A stretch of DNA of 64,000 bases. Origin: Nemertoderma westbladi. Lineage: Eukaryota; Animalia; Xenacoelomorpha. The translations under genes were made by a program, and so were the position numbers. The notes beneath the pieces were generated by a model that saw nothing but the letters and a program-made list of their open reading frames with translations, had not been told where the DNA came from and searched no databases. Each line of letters starts with the position of its first letter. Position 1 is the stretch's first letter. Shown here one piece after another: positions 37,758-50,019 of the stretch. The stretch covers positions 24,585 to 88,584 of the forward strand of contig JAUCBJ010007369.1 in NCBI GenBank assembly GCA_032718475.1, read 5' to 3'.

Positions 37758-38954
37758 GGTATAATGATACTTTAATTTTTAAATAAAAAAAACAATCAAT
37801 CAATCATAATATCATAAATAAATATCCTACATAGGCCTACTTTATGTTAGGTAAAATCATGATCAAAGGCAGAAAGGCACTTCATTAAATAACAATATAT
37901 TTTATTATGTAAAGTTTCCGCTCTGTAATTTTAATTAAACTGGTTTGCGATTGAAAATGTAATAAACTACACAGTTTAATGTTTCTCAACTCCACGCTAT
38001 ATGGCGCAACATGTTATTATAAATCGAATATCATCGGGGTCAGCAATTAGTAAGTACTGTAGTAGGCATAAAGCCGGTGGCCGACATATGATCCTGGACC
38101 GTATGTCCCCGGACTTTATGTTCCCATTTTTTATTTTCTTAGCCATTAAACTGACTTTATGTTCCCATCAAAACGGACATTGTGTTCCCCATTGATGTTT
38201 TATGTAAATGGGTATTTAAGTGGTCATCACAACTCCATTGAATAACTAACACAAACTGATTCCACATACTGTAGTATAAACAGCTGTAATATCCAATCAT
38301 CAATCAAGGTCATTAACTAAAATTAATAAAGATATATTATCTAAATGTAGAGACTTATATATAGACCATACATTGTAGTACTGTATGTGGTGAAGGGAGG
38401 GAATGATTAGTACCGGTAACTACTGTACTACAGTATTCGGAGTCTGTCGTCTCACATTACTGCGTTAGTACAGTCAGCAGGTCAGAAGTTCCGTGGTTCG
38501 GACAGTCAGTTATGATGAGTTATTACAGTGACATTGTATATTAGATATGACTGACTGTATTATTGTTATTATGAAATGAGGCAGGAGAGGGGGTTTACAT
38601 AAATTAATTCTAATAAACAAGATCAAACATTAACTAACAATAACCGCAATACAATAGATTAACCGGTAGACTAATTTATTCAATGTTAATTTTGTTTAAA
38701 CCGTATTTTTTAGTTGTTTTAAATAGCTCAACGTTTTAACAACAATGAACCTAGGCGATAAAAACATAAGAATTGCGGAGAAGCTATATTTCGCAGGGTT
38801 TTCGGATGAAATAAGATTTGAAGACAAACTATGACGAGCTAGGCCTGCTACTGTATAATGAAAATTTCCAGAAATATATAGGAATAGATTTTAATACGCA
38901 AGCAAAAGTAGGCCTATACTAATGGCGGATTTTAAATGGCGGGAAACTGCCATT

Positions 38955-39440
38955 ACAGGTGGAAGGTTCGGAGGAGAACCCGCTATTGCATCCACCGTTC
39001 CAGGTGGGAGGAGAAGTTGAACCCGCCATTGAATCAGCTGTTCTAGGTGGAAGGATTGGAGAAGTCAACCCAACCATTGAATCCTCCATTCTGGGTGTGA
39101 GGATCAGAGAGAGGCGAAGTCGAACCCACCATTGAATCAACCGTTTCGGGTGGTGGATCAGAGGAGAAGTCGAACCCGCCATTGCATCCACCATTCTGGG
39201 TGGGAGGATCAGAGGAGAGGTCGAACCCGCCATTGAATCGCCACCATACTGGGTGTGAGGATCAGAGAAGTCGAAACCACCATTGAATCCACTGTTCCAG
39301 GTGGGGGAATCAGAGAAGTCGAACCAACTATTGAATCGCCAACGTTCTGGGTGGGAGGATCGGAGGAGAAGTTGGACCCTCTATTGAATCCGCCAATCTT
39401 GGTGGGAGGATTGGAGGAGAAGTCTCCCAGGATTGAATTG
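38955..39440 (+). repeat. About 52-bp minisatellite, about 9 copies
   Basis: The unit GGGAGGATCAGAGGAGAAGTCGAACCCGCCATTGAATCCACCATTCTGGGT repeats with divergence. Confidence 0.85.
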
Positions 39441-39499
39441 TATCCATTTCAAGTTGGTCTCTATATGTTATAGCCAGTTGTCCACAGCTTTGCTTTTCT

Positions 39500-39600
39500 T
39501 GTCAGAAAAGTAGATCTGGTATGTCCACATGTGTACTTTTCCAGCAGTGCCCACTGAATCTTAATCTGCATTCATAGAGGGTGGTTGATACAGGTGCTTT
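39500..39600 (-). mobile_element. Short RTE 3' fragment
   Basis: APVSTTLYECRLRFSGHCWKS..IPDLLF matches 28290-28385. Confidence 0.8.
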
Positions 39601-39721
39601 TGTTTCATTGCTTTCGTTTCTTTTCAGATGATAGTGACAATGGTGGAATTGGTCTATTAATGAATACAACTGCATATGCAGCATTAAACAAAATAGACCA
39701 AATAACCAATCACATCATCCA

Positions 39722-40110
39722 TTGTTCTGGATGACTTGCTAAGGAGTTTCCTAAGGTGGTTTTGATTGTGTACTACTCTCCAACTAGTCTTGTCCCAGTA
39801 GAGAAAGTGGAAAATTTCACCACAATCTACAACCACACCTACTGACGGAGTGGATCAGCAGGAATTCTTAACTTTCCTGGGTGAATTTGATCTACATGGG
39901 TGAGTCTACATCACTCATCTACATAGTGTTAACCGAAATTCCATCAATCTTCAGGATTTCTTCCCTGGAGGATTTGTTCTCGGCTGGAACCCAGTTCAAC
40001 AAGCCAAATGGAAAGCTATGGACTCAAACTGGACCCAAGGGTCACAAGTTCCAAATAGACCATATTATCTTTCGTATGAAATACAGGAGCTATTCAGAAA
40101 TGCTGAAGAT
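39722..40110 (+). mobile_element. RTE endonuclease fragment (same family as 19160-21410)
   Basis: Matches the reverse complement of about 20440-20820 and encodes LFSAGTQFNKPNGKLWTQTGPKGHKFQIDHIIF. Confidence 0.8.
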
Positions 40111-40264
40111 GGACGGAATTTCGGTTAACACTATTGCTATAGACTCAGAGTGATGTAGATGAGTGATGTAGACTTGTATTAAATTCACCCATGGCCAAAA
40201 GTACCTTTTTGCGCCAAGGGCTATTTCTAAACCAATATTTGTTGAAATTTGTCGAAATTTGGAA

Positions 40265-40676
40265 TATACAGTACAGGCGACCAGAAAAAGCAGATTTCAT
40301 CCAATGTGATCACATGTGAACACATTTGTTCAAGTCATCTGATTGGCAGGTTATGGCGAGTTATCTTCTAGATCACACAGCAGGAGGCTAACTTGCTGGG
40401 ACCGACAAAGGCTTTGTGTGCGGTGCGCCTGTATGTCTGATATCAGGTAGATGAGAGAGCCCCCAGGGCGTAACATTGCGGACATGGGCTGTATTGGTAG
40501 AGAGAGAACTACATACAAGACCACATGGAGGTTCATGGAGTGTATGGGAGTGGATGGGTATGTGGATGGAGGAGCCTTGACCATTGAATAATAATTTAGT
40601 GCAGGGAGATGTCGCGCCTAGTCTGCGAGACCGAGACCGAGAGGGCACAGAGAAAGACCAGAAGATGCCTTAACAT
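40265..40676 (-). pseudogene. Pseudogene exon: signal peptide + EMI-like domain (+ EGF-like start)
   Basis: Reconstructed reading MLRHLLVFLCALSVSQTNG-ATSPCTK..SCM*..YQYSPCPQC..ST*YQTYRRTAHK..KLASCC fits the EMI pattern C..PC..C..YR.AY..CC. It carries several stops and frameshifts. Confidence 0.5.
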
Positions 40677-41065
40677 CAATTATAATTTCACATATATTGG
40701 TTATGTTGCTGGAGGCTACATTATGCCTGTCTGGCACCCACCCCCTCCCAGAGGTTTGCAGAGGCAACTGGAATCTGGCAATACATTCTAGTGGTGTCGG
40801 GGCCTAAACATACAGACCCATTAAATCTAACTCAGGGGAATGCACTACACGGCACATTTTTAACTTAATTCACGAGGTTCATTAATATTTAAATTTATAT
40901 TCAATAAATGTAAATATACAATAAGGTAATGAACGTGAAAATAAAATCTCAACCCTATAGGTTATAGTGCTTACGTATTATTGGATATATACCGTAATGT
41001 ACCCTATCAACATAATCATAATCTATCTAATCGGATTTAAAGTATACCATTAATTCATTAAGTTT

Positions 41066-41347
41066 AAAAAAAGTAAAAAAAGTAAATTTTCTTCGGCCGC
41101 TAGGCCAGGGATTACGCACAAAGTCTGACGACTTATTTCCAGTGCGGTCCCCCCAGAACTTTACTCCCCAGAGGAAACTCCAGTTCTCATTTAGCTACCA
41201 CTTAAGGATGCAAGGCAGAGATGCGCCCTGGCTGGTCCCTTTAAAGCATTCGTGCCGAAACGAAAACTGCCCTGGCCCATGTGAGGATCGAACCCACGAC
41301 CTACGGGAGATGTGAATTCAATGCAACCACTACACCAAGGTGGAACC
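41066..41347 (-). mobile_element. Full-length tRNA-derived SINE (family B)
   Basis: The minus strand has A-box TGGTGTAGTGG, B-box GGTTCGATCC, a central block CATCCTTAAGTGGTAGCTAAATGAGAAC and a (ACTTTTTTT)n tail. AAGTTTA occurs near both ends as a possible TSD. Confidence 0.85.
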
Positions 41348-41587
41348 TAAAGTTTATAAGTTAATATTTACTCATGTTTTTTCGAGTGCTTAATAAAGTT
41401 AATGTCGAATTTGTTATACAACTTATATACAGTATAACAATATAATTTAACATAATATAATAATTTTACACCTTTATCTCAACATGCCGTATTATTCTCT
41501 CCCCGAACCAGATAATTCAATACTAAACCGCAGTAGCCTATAGACAGACACTAACTATAGGCCTACTACTAACCGCACACTGTTAAT

Positions 41588-41718
41588 GTTCATGGAGTGG
41601 AAGGGTATATGGATGGAGGAGCCTAGACCATTGAATAATTAATTTAGTGCAGGGAGATGTCGCGCCATTAGTCTGATACCGAGAGGGCACAGAGAAACAC
41701 CAGAAGATGCCTTAACAT
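41588..41718 (-). pseudogene. Partial duplicate of the signal-peptide part of the EMI-like exon
   Basis: Aligns to 40531-40676 and encodes MLRHLLVFLCALSVS before a different 2-nt frameshift. Confidence 0.6.
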
Positions 41719-43649
41719 CACTAACTATAGGCCTGCCTACTAGACACTATTAACCCCACACTATAAAGGTAAACAATATCCTTATCGCATTTCCAGCTGC
41801 AGTGAGTGACAGTTCGCGGCCAACTACAGAGAGTTTCCAGATTACTAAGCGTTTCAAAAGTATTCAATTGTATCCTTTGGGGAAAAAATTTTGGTTGTTG
41901 CAAATTCAATTATGTTCAATTGTCCCCGTTCAACAACATTACATTACAGTACTGGGTACACATTTGATAAAATGCGTTCACAATTGTACAAAAATCTGCG
42001 TTTTCTGGTGGCCTGAACTGTAGGTTTAGAAGAGCCCTGCATCCAATTCTTCTGAACAAATTTTGCCCCAAATGCTCTGGAGCCTTTTTAGAACAAAAAG
42101 GCCTCAAAAAAGGGCTTATTTGGGCCTTTTTGATATAAAAAGGCTCCATGGCATTTTCAACCAAATTTGTTCAGAAGAAGTATGGAGAGGGGCAAGCTTA
42201 ACAATTGTACCAAATTTCAACTCATTTCAGTTAAAATTGGCGGAGAAATAGCCTTTATCATGAAAAAGCGTCATTCTGAGATATGGGTGTTTAAAGTTTA
42301 AGGAACAATTCAAACCTTCCCGCTATTTTAGATAATACCATTTTTCTATGTTGAACAATAACTTTGTAAATATTGAATGAAATTCAACGAAATTTTTCAT
42401 GCTTGCTAAACATATAACTAGTAAAACCACTTTCTAGCAATTTTATTCATATCTGTACCGTGAGAGCCTTTTTTATGAAAAGGGCCCCGTTTTTGTCATT
42501 TGACATTTTTGTCAATTTCCAAAACGGGGGTTACCACCCCCCCCCCCCCCCCCCCCCCCCACAATAAAGTCTTATTGGGGAAGTGTCACTATTGGGCATC
42601 TGACAGTTAACAATATAAAAATAAAACAAAAACTACAGTAACATTGAGTCACCAACAGTCTAATAAGTTGCTAAAAATCCCATGAGTCTACACAATTAAT
42701 TATTTCAAATCATTTTGTCTCATATTGATAATTATGTTCTAGGAATTGAAATCACTTAAAAATGTTTTTGTTTAAAATTTCGCACAAACAATATATTCTA
42801 CAAATTTCATTTCTACAATTCCAAACAATGAAGACATGTTATTGGCAGCGCCGTCCTTTTCATACTTTGTGATTTAAGTTTTAAATAGGAAATAAAATAT
42901 TCTGGGATTGTAAGAAAATGAGGCTCGCCCCATTTTTAAGAACATATTAAGTTATGAAATTTCTCAAACACATTGTTAACATAAAAATAACCGGCCCAAA
43001 AAAACACAGACCGTGTGGTGTGGACCCCATCAATACCCGCGGCGCCTCAACAATACCCACAATACTGAATAAATCATAATATTATCATAAATAAGTACAA
43101 TAAAACAATGTTAGATAATCACGATCAAAGGCAGAAAGGAACTTCTTTTTATTTATATTTTATCTTTTCTCTCTGTAATATATTGTTTATTAATTAAACT
43201 GGTCTGCGATGGAAAATGGAACAAACTACATAATTGAATGTTTCTCAACTTCCCGTTATATGGCGCAACATGTATATTTAAATGGGGCTTTACCTATTTA
43301 TAGGATGGAAAATTCAAAAACCTTGATTTTTGAGCAGGATTTAATGGCCAATCTGAATATGTAAGTTATTACTTCTCACTATGTTTAGTTTTGGAGATTT
43401 GGCGATTATACATACGTACTTTGGCATGTTTCCATAAATATAAACTTAACATTACTTTCCCGAAAAAATGTGTTTCCTGACAAACAGACGACTAGATTTT
43501 GCTAAACATAAAATTGGCATCGGAAATGAAATCACCGACCACGAAAACTTTTAGATATTTCATTTGTGTTTTAAAATATTTTGAAGGATAAACCAACAGA
43601 CACAGAGCCGGAATGCAAGACTAGATTTCAGACTAGCACCCCAGACTGC

Positions 43650-45662
43650 CCGCGGAACCTCAACAATACCCACTACCAGTGGCACCTCAAGATTACCCAC
43701 TGCCTGTGGCACCCCAACAATACCCACTGCCCGTGGCCCCTTAACAATACCCACTGTCCGTGGCACCCCAACAATACCCACTGCCCGCGGCGCCTCATCA
43801 ATACCCACTGTCCGTGGCACCCCAACAATACCCACTGCCCGCGGCCCCTTAACAATACCCACTGTCCGTGGCACCCCAACAATACCCACTGCCCGCAGCG
43901 CCTCATCAATACCCACTGTCCGTGGCACCTCAACATTACCCACTGCCCGTGGCACCCCAACAATACCCACTGCCCGCGGCCCCTTAACAATACCCACTGT
44001 CCGTGGCACCCCAACAATACCCACTGCCTGCAGCGCCTCAACAATACCCACTACCCGCGGCGCCTCAACAATACTCACGGCCCGCGGCGCCTCAGCAATA
44101 CCCACTGCCCGTGGAACCTCAACAATACCCAGTGTCCGCTGGCCCTTAACAATACCCACTGCCCGCGGCGCCTCAACAATACCCACTTACCGCGGCGTCT
44201 CATCAATACCCACTGTCCGTGGCTCCTCAACAGTACCCACTGCCCGCGGCGCCTCAACAATTCCCACTGCCCGCGGCGCCCCAACAATACCCACTGCCCG
44301 CGGCGCCTCAACAATACCCAGTGTCCATGTCACCTCAACAGTACCCACTGCCCGCGGCGCCTCAACAATACCCACTGCCCGCGGCGCCTCAACAATACCC
44401 ACTGTCCGTGGCACCTCAACAGTACCCACTGTCCATGGCACCTCAACAGTACCCACTGCCTGCGGCGCCCCAACAATACCCACTGCCCGCGGCGCCTCAA
44501 CAATACCCACTGTCCATGGCACCTCAACAGTACCCACTGCCCGCAGCGCCCCAACAATACCCACTGCCCACGGCGCCCCAACAATACCCACTGCCCGCGG
44601 CGCCTCAACAATACCCACTGTCCATGGCACCTCAACAGTACCCACTGCCCGCGGCGCCTCAACAATACCCACTGCCCGCGGCGCCTCAACAATACCCACT
44701 GTCCGTGGCACCTCAACAGTACCCACAGCCCACGGCGCCTCAACAATACCCACTATGCGCGGCTCCTCAACCAATACCCACTGCCCGCAGCGCCCCAACA
44801 ATACCCACTGCCCGCGGCGCCTCATCAATACCCACTGTCCGTGGCACCTCAAATGTACCCACTGCCCGCGGCGCCTCAACAATACCCACTGCCCGTGGCG
44901 GCTCAACAATACCCACTGTCTGCGGGCCCTTAACAATACCCACTGTCCGTGGTGCCTCAATAGTACCCACTGCCCGCGGCGCCTCCCTCAACTATATTCA
45001 CGGACCGCGGCGCCTCAGCAATACCCAGTGTCCGCGGGCCCTTAACAATACCCACTGTCCGTGGCGCCTCAATAGTACCCACTGCCCGCGGCTGCTCAAC
45101 AATACCCACTGTCCGCAGGCCCTTAACAATACCCACTGTCCGTGGCGCCTCAATAGAACCCACTGCCCATGGCTGCTCAACAATACCCACTGTCCGCGGG
45201 CCCTTAACAATACCCACTGTCCGTGGCGCCTCAATAGTACCCACTGCCCGCGGCGCCTCAACAATACTCACGGACCACGGCGCCTCAGCAATACCCACTG
45301 TCCGCGGACCCTTAACAATACCCACTGTCCGTGGCACCTCAATAGTACCCACTGCCCGCGGCGCCTCAACAATACTCACGGACCGCGGCGCCTCAGCAAT
45401 ACCCACTGTCCGCGGGCCCTTAACAATACCCACTGTCCGTGGCGCCTCAATAGTACCCACTGCCCGCGGCTGCTCAACAATACCCACTGTCCGCGGGCCC
45501 TTAACAATACCCACTGTCCGTGGCGCCTCAATAGTACCCACTGCCCACGGCGCCTCAACAATACTCACAGACCGCGGCGCCTCAGCAATACCCACTGTCC
45601 GCGGGCCCTTAACAATACCCACTGTCCGTGGCTCCTCAATAGTACCCACTGCCCGCGGCGCC
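43650..45662 (+). repeat. 27-bp GC-rich satellite, about 74 copies
   Basis: Consensus AACAATACCCACTGCCCGCGGCGCCTC, with variant units cycling in groups of 2-4 after about 45000. Confidence 0.95.
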
Positions 45663-46884
45663 TGTTCGCGCTTTCAGACCTTTAGCAGTTTAACCTGTCA
45701 AATTTAAATGTCTTCTAGATTATAAATCGACTTTAGCCTATGACGAGTATTTGTTACACTACATTAGCCGAAGCCAGTCTATGCGCGACCATTCACCCGC
45801 TGGATATACCCGGGAGACTGGATTCGGAAGCTTGACCTTATTGCGGTGTAGGCCTACTGTATTATTCGACTGATCGTAATATATAATCTCTGACAAAGAT
45901 TATTCACTTTCGGGAAATATTAACAGTTCCTTTAGGACGTGGCGCTCTAAATATGTAAACAGAGTTATGACTTACACTAGACACAACGGGATGGCTATGG
46001 ATTCACGTATATAGCGCATTCTTTAGGAGATGCTTTGTTATCAATCACAATCATGCACACTACTGCACAATGCTGCACACCGATCTGCCGACCTTCACTA
46101 ATTTTAGTCACATATAAAGAGAACAACAACCGACTCATGTAGTGCCTATGAAATAGCATTAGATTCACTCCAAAACCACTTTAATGTAAGTCGCAATCGT
46201 TATATGTAACCGGTCTCTCTTACCTTCAGTATATCAAGAAGATTGAGGGTTTTATGATTAATTTATCAATATTATCCAATATAATAATATTCCATCAACT
46301 GATATAATGAATAACCGACAGTAAATAGCAGTAAAAATGCGGTGTTTGTAGTTGACAATATGATTAGGTGAGTAGGATGGGTAGGCATGAATTGGTATGA
46401 TAACAGATATACGTTTCGATGATCAAGCCTACTAATGTTTTGCTAAAGCCTGAAAACACAGAGGTTCCAAAGCCGGTCTTCTGGCTGTGGACAAAATACA
46501 CATACTGACTCAATTCATGAGTTTCTGTATACAACCTCCAACACAGAGTCAAAAAACGCTCTGATTGGTCGACCGAACAAAGAAACGACAGAGAACAAAG
46601 AAAAAGCTCCACGTGTACAGATCAGCTGTTAGCTGTCGTCATAGTAACTACACTGTTTCAAGAGGATTTAGCGTATTGCGACATAGAATTGCTAGTTATG
46701 TCCGCTAAAGTACACATACAGAAGAAATGGCTTTTTATGTCCACTAAAACACCAGTACAGTAAAGAAACGGCTTTTTATGTCCACTAAAACACCAGTACA
46801 GTAAGGGAACGGCTTTTTATGTCCGTTAAACCAACTACAGAGTACTTTGCGGGAAAAATAACCAGCTAATTCCGCAAAAGCTTT

Positions 46885-47405
46885 TACAGCGCCTCAACAA
46901 TACTCACGGACCGCGGCGCCTCAGCAATACCCACTGTCCGCGGGCCCTCAACAATACCCACTGCCCGCGGGCCCTTAACAATACCCACTGTCCGTGGCAC
47001 CTCAACAGTACCCACTGCCCGCGGCGCCTCAACAATACCCACTGCCCGCAGCGCCTCAACAATACCCACTGCCCGCAGAGCCTCAACAGTACCCACTGCC
47101 CGTGGCACCTCAACAGTACCCATTGCCCGTGGCGCCTCAACAATACCCAGTGTCCGCGGATCGCCAACAATACTCACTGACCGCGGCCCCTCAACAATTC
47201 CCACTGCGTGCGGCCCCTTAACAATACCCACTGCCCGTGACGCCTCAACAACACCCACTGGCCGTGGCTCCTCAACAATACCCAGTTTCCGCGGATCCCC
47301 AACAATACTCACTGACCGCGGCGCGGCGCCTCAACAATATCCACTGCCTGCGGCGCCTCAACAATACCTCGTGTCAGCGGATCCCCAACAATACCCACTT
47401 CCCGT
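46885..47405 (+). repeat. Second array of the 27-bp satellite, about 19 copies
   Basis: Same consensus and orientation, more diverged toward the right end. Confidence 0.95.
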
Positions 47406-47501
47406 GTTAACAGACGTTGCGCTCTAAGACGTTTTGGTCTAAGATTTGCTTGTCGTAGGTCCTATTGCTGTATCCCATACCGATATATTCCAATAAAGTT
47501 T

Positions 47502-49535
47502 ATACTTACAGTAGGCGCGAACTTAGATCCTAGAAGGGAACGTAGATCCTGGGCGCGAACTTAAATCCTAGATGCGAACTTAGATCCTATAAGTGAACTT
47601 AGATCCTAGAAGGGAACGTAGATCCGAGAAGCGAACTTAGATCCTGGGAGCGAATGTAGATCCTAGACACGAACTTGGATCCTATATGCGAACTTAGGTG
47701 TAGATCGTAGACACGAACTTGGAACCTAGATGGGAAGTTAGATCCTAGAAGGGAACTTGATCCTGGACACGAACTTAGATCCTAAAAACGAACTTAGATC
47801 CTAGACACGGACTTGGATCCTATATGAGAAGTTAGATCCTGGAAGGGAACTTAGATCCTAAAAGCGAACTTAGATCGTAGACACGGACTTGGATCCTATA
47901 TGAGAAGTTAGACCCTGGAAGGGAACTTAGATCCTAAAAGCGAACTTAGATCGTAGACACGGACTTGTATCCTATATGAGAAGTTAGATCCTGGAAGGGA
48001 ACTTAGATCCTAAAAGCAAACTTAGATCGTAGACACGGACTAGGATCCTATATGCGAAGTTAGATCCTAGAAGGGAACTTAGATCCTAGAAGCGAACTTA
48101 GATCCTAGACACGGACTTGGATCCTATATGCGAACTTAGATCCTAGAAGGGAACTTAGATCCTAGAAGGCAACGTAGGTCCTGGACGCGAAATTAAATCC
48201 TAGAAGCGAACTTAGATCCTAGAAGGGAATGTAGATCCTGGACGCGAACTTAAATCCTAGATACGAACTTAGATCCTATAAGTGAACTTAGATCCTAGAA
48301 GGGAGCGTAGATCCGAGAAGCGAACTTAGATCCTGGGAGCGAATGTAGATCCTAGACACGAACTTGGATCCTATATGCGAACTTAGGTGTAGATCGTAGA
48401 CACGAACTTGGAACCTAGATGGGAAGTTAGATCCTAGAAGGGAACTTGATCCTGGACACGAACTTAGATCCTAAAAACGAACTTAGATCCTAGACACGGA
48501 CTTGGATCCTATATGCAAAGTTAGATCCTAGAAGGAAACTTAGATCCTAAAAGCGAACTTAGATCGTAGACACGGACTTGGATCCTATATGAGAAGTTAG
48601 ATCCTGGAAGGGAACTTAGATCCTAAAAGCGAACTTAGATCGTAGACACGGACTAGCCAATATGCGAAGTTAGATCCTAGAAGGGAACTTAGATCCTAGA
48701 AGCGAACTTAGATCCTAGACACGGACTTGGATCATTTATGCGAAGTTAGATCCTAGAAGGGAACTTAGATCCTAGAAGCGAACTTAGATCCTAGACACGG
48801 ACTTGGATCATTTATGCGAAGTTAGATCCTAGAAGGGAACTTAGATCCTAGAAGCGAACATAGATCCTAGATTCGAACTTAGATCCTAGAAGGGAACTTA
48901 GATCCTAGACACGAACTTAGATCCTAGAAAGGAACTTAGATCCTAGAAGCGAACTTAGATCCTAGAAGGGAACGTAGATCCTGGGAGCGACCTTAGTTCA
49001 TGGGCGTTAACTTAGATCCTAGAAGCGAACTTAGATCCTAGACTCGAACTTGGATCATATATGCGAACTTAGATCTTGGAAATGAACTTAGATACTAGAA
49101 GCGAACTTAGATCATGATCTAAGTTCCCTTCTAAGATCTAAGTTCACTCCCATGATCTAAGCCAGTTGGCTTCTAGGATCTAATTTCCCTTCTAGGATCT
49201 ATGTTCGCTTCTAGGATCTATGTTCGTGTCTAGGACCTAAGTTCCCTTCTAAGATCTAAGTTCGAGTCTAGGATCTAAGTTCGCGTCTATGATCTAACTT
49301 CGCATCTAGCATCCAAGGTCATGTCTAAGTTCCCTTCCAGGATCTAAGTTCGCGTCTAGGATCTAAGTTCCCTTCTAAGATCTAAGTTCGAGTCTAGGAT
49401 CTAAGTTCGCGTCTATGATCTAACTTCGCATCTAGCATCCAAGGCCATGTCTAAGTTCCCTTCCAGGATCTAAGTTCGCGTCTAGGATCTAAGTTCACTT
49501 CTAAGATCTAAGTTCGCGTCTAGAAACGTATGTAT
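47502..49535. repeat. 20-bp tandem array with a head-to-head inversion (foldback-like element)
   Basis: The unit GAACTTAGATCCTAGAAGC(G) runs forward over 47512-49114 and is reversed over 49115-49523. The junction is the perfect 24-bp palindrome GAACTTAGATCATGATCTAAGTTC. Confidence 0.9.
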
Positions 49536-50019
49536 ACCGTTAGTATCGCATTCAAACTAATGGTATGCCTCGTGTTGGAAAGTGCCAAGATTAATATTTT
49601 CTTTACAATGGTTGTTGGTGAGGATTCTTGCAGTGTAATTTTATATATTTTTTATTTATTCCTTAAGTCGCGCCGGGGAGGCACATAACTACTGTACAAA
49701 TAACAACAAAAAGAAACCTCGGTAGAGCACAATATTACATACAAAAAAAAGGAATTATAAAAAGAAATTATAAATTACTTCTAGAAATTATAAAAAGTAG
49801 ATTAAAAAAATTACAAAAAGCCCTGTTACACCATTACGGCACAAAAAATCGGGTAACTGGTCTCTGCAGACAGTGTAAACAGTTTGCACCAAGTTGTTAC
49901 TACTGAGCTTAATTATACTATGTAGACTACAGACTGCCTTATAAATAAGGGCAGATTTAGCTAACTAAGGGAAAGTGATATGCTCGTAGGCTCGTCGTCA
50001 GTTAAACGAGGTATATTAA

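Noticed and set aside
43560-45685. Long ORFs (up to 488 aa; APQQYPLPA, NNTHCPRRL and VGIVEAPRA repeats) as structural protein genes
   Set aside because: They come from a largely stop-free 27-bp unit that is open in several frames on both strands, and indels switch frames freely. There is no signal peptide, splice context or unique domain.
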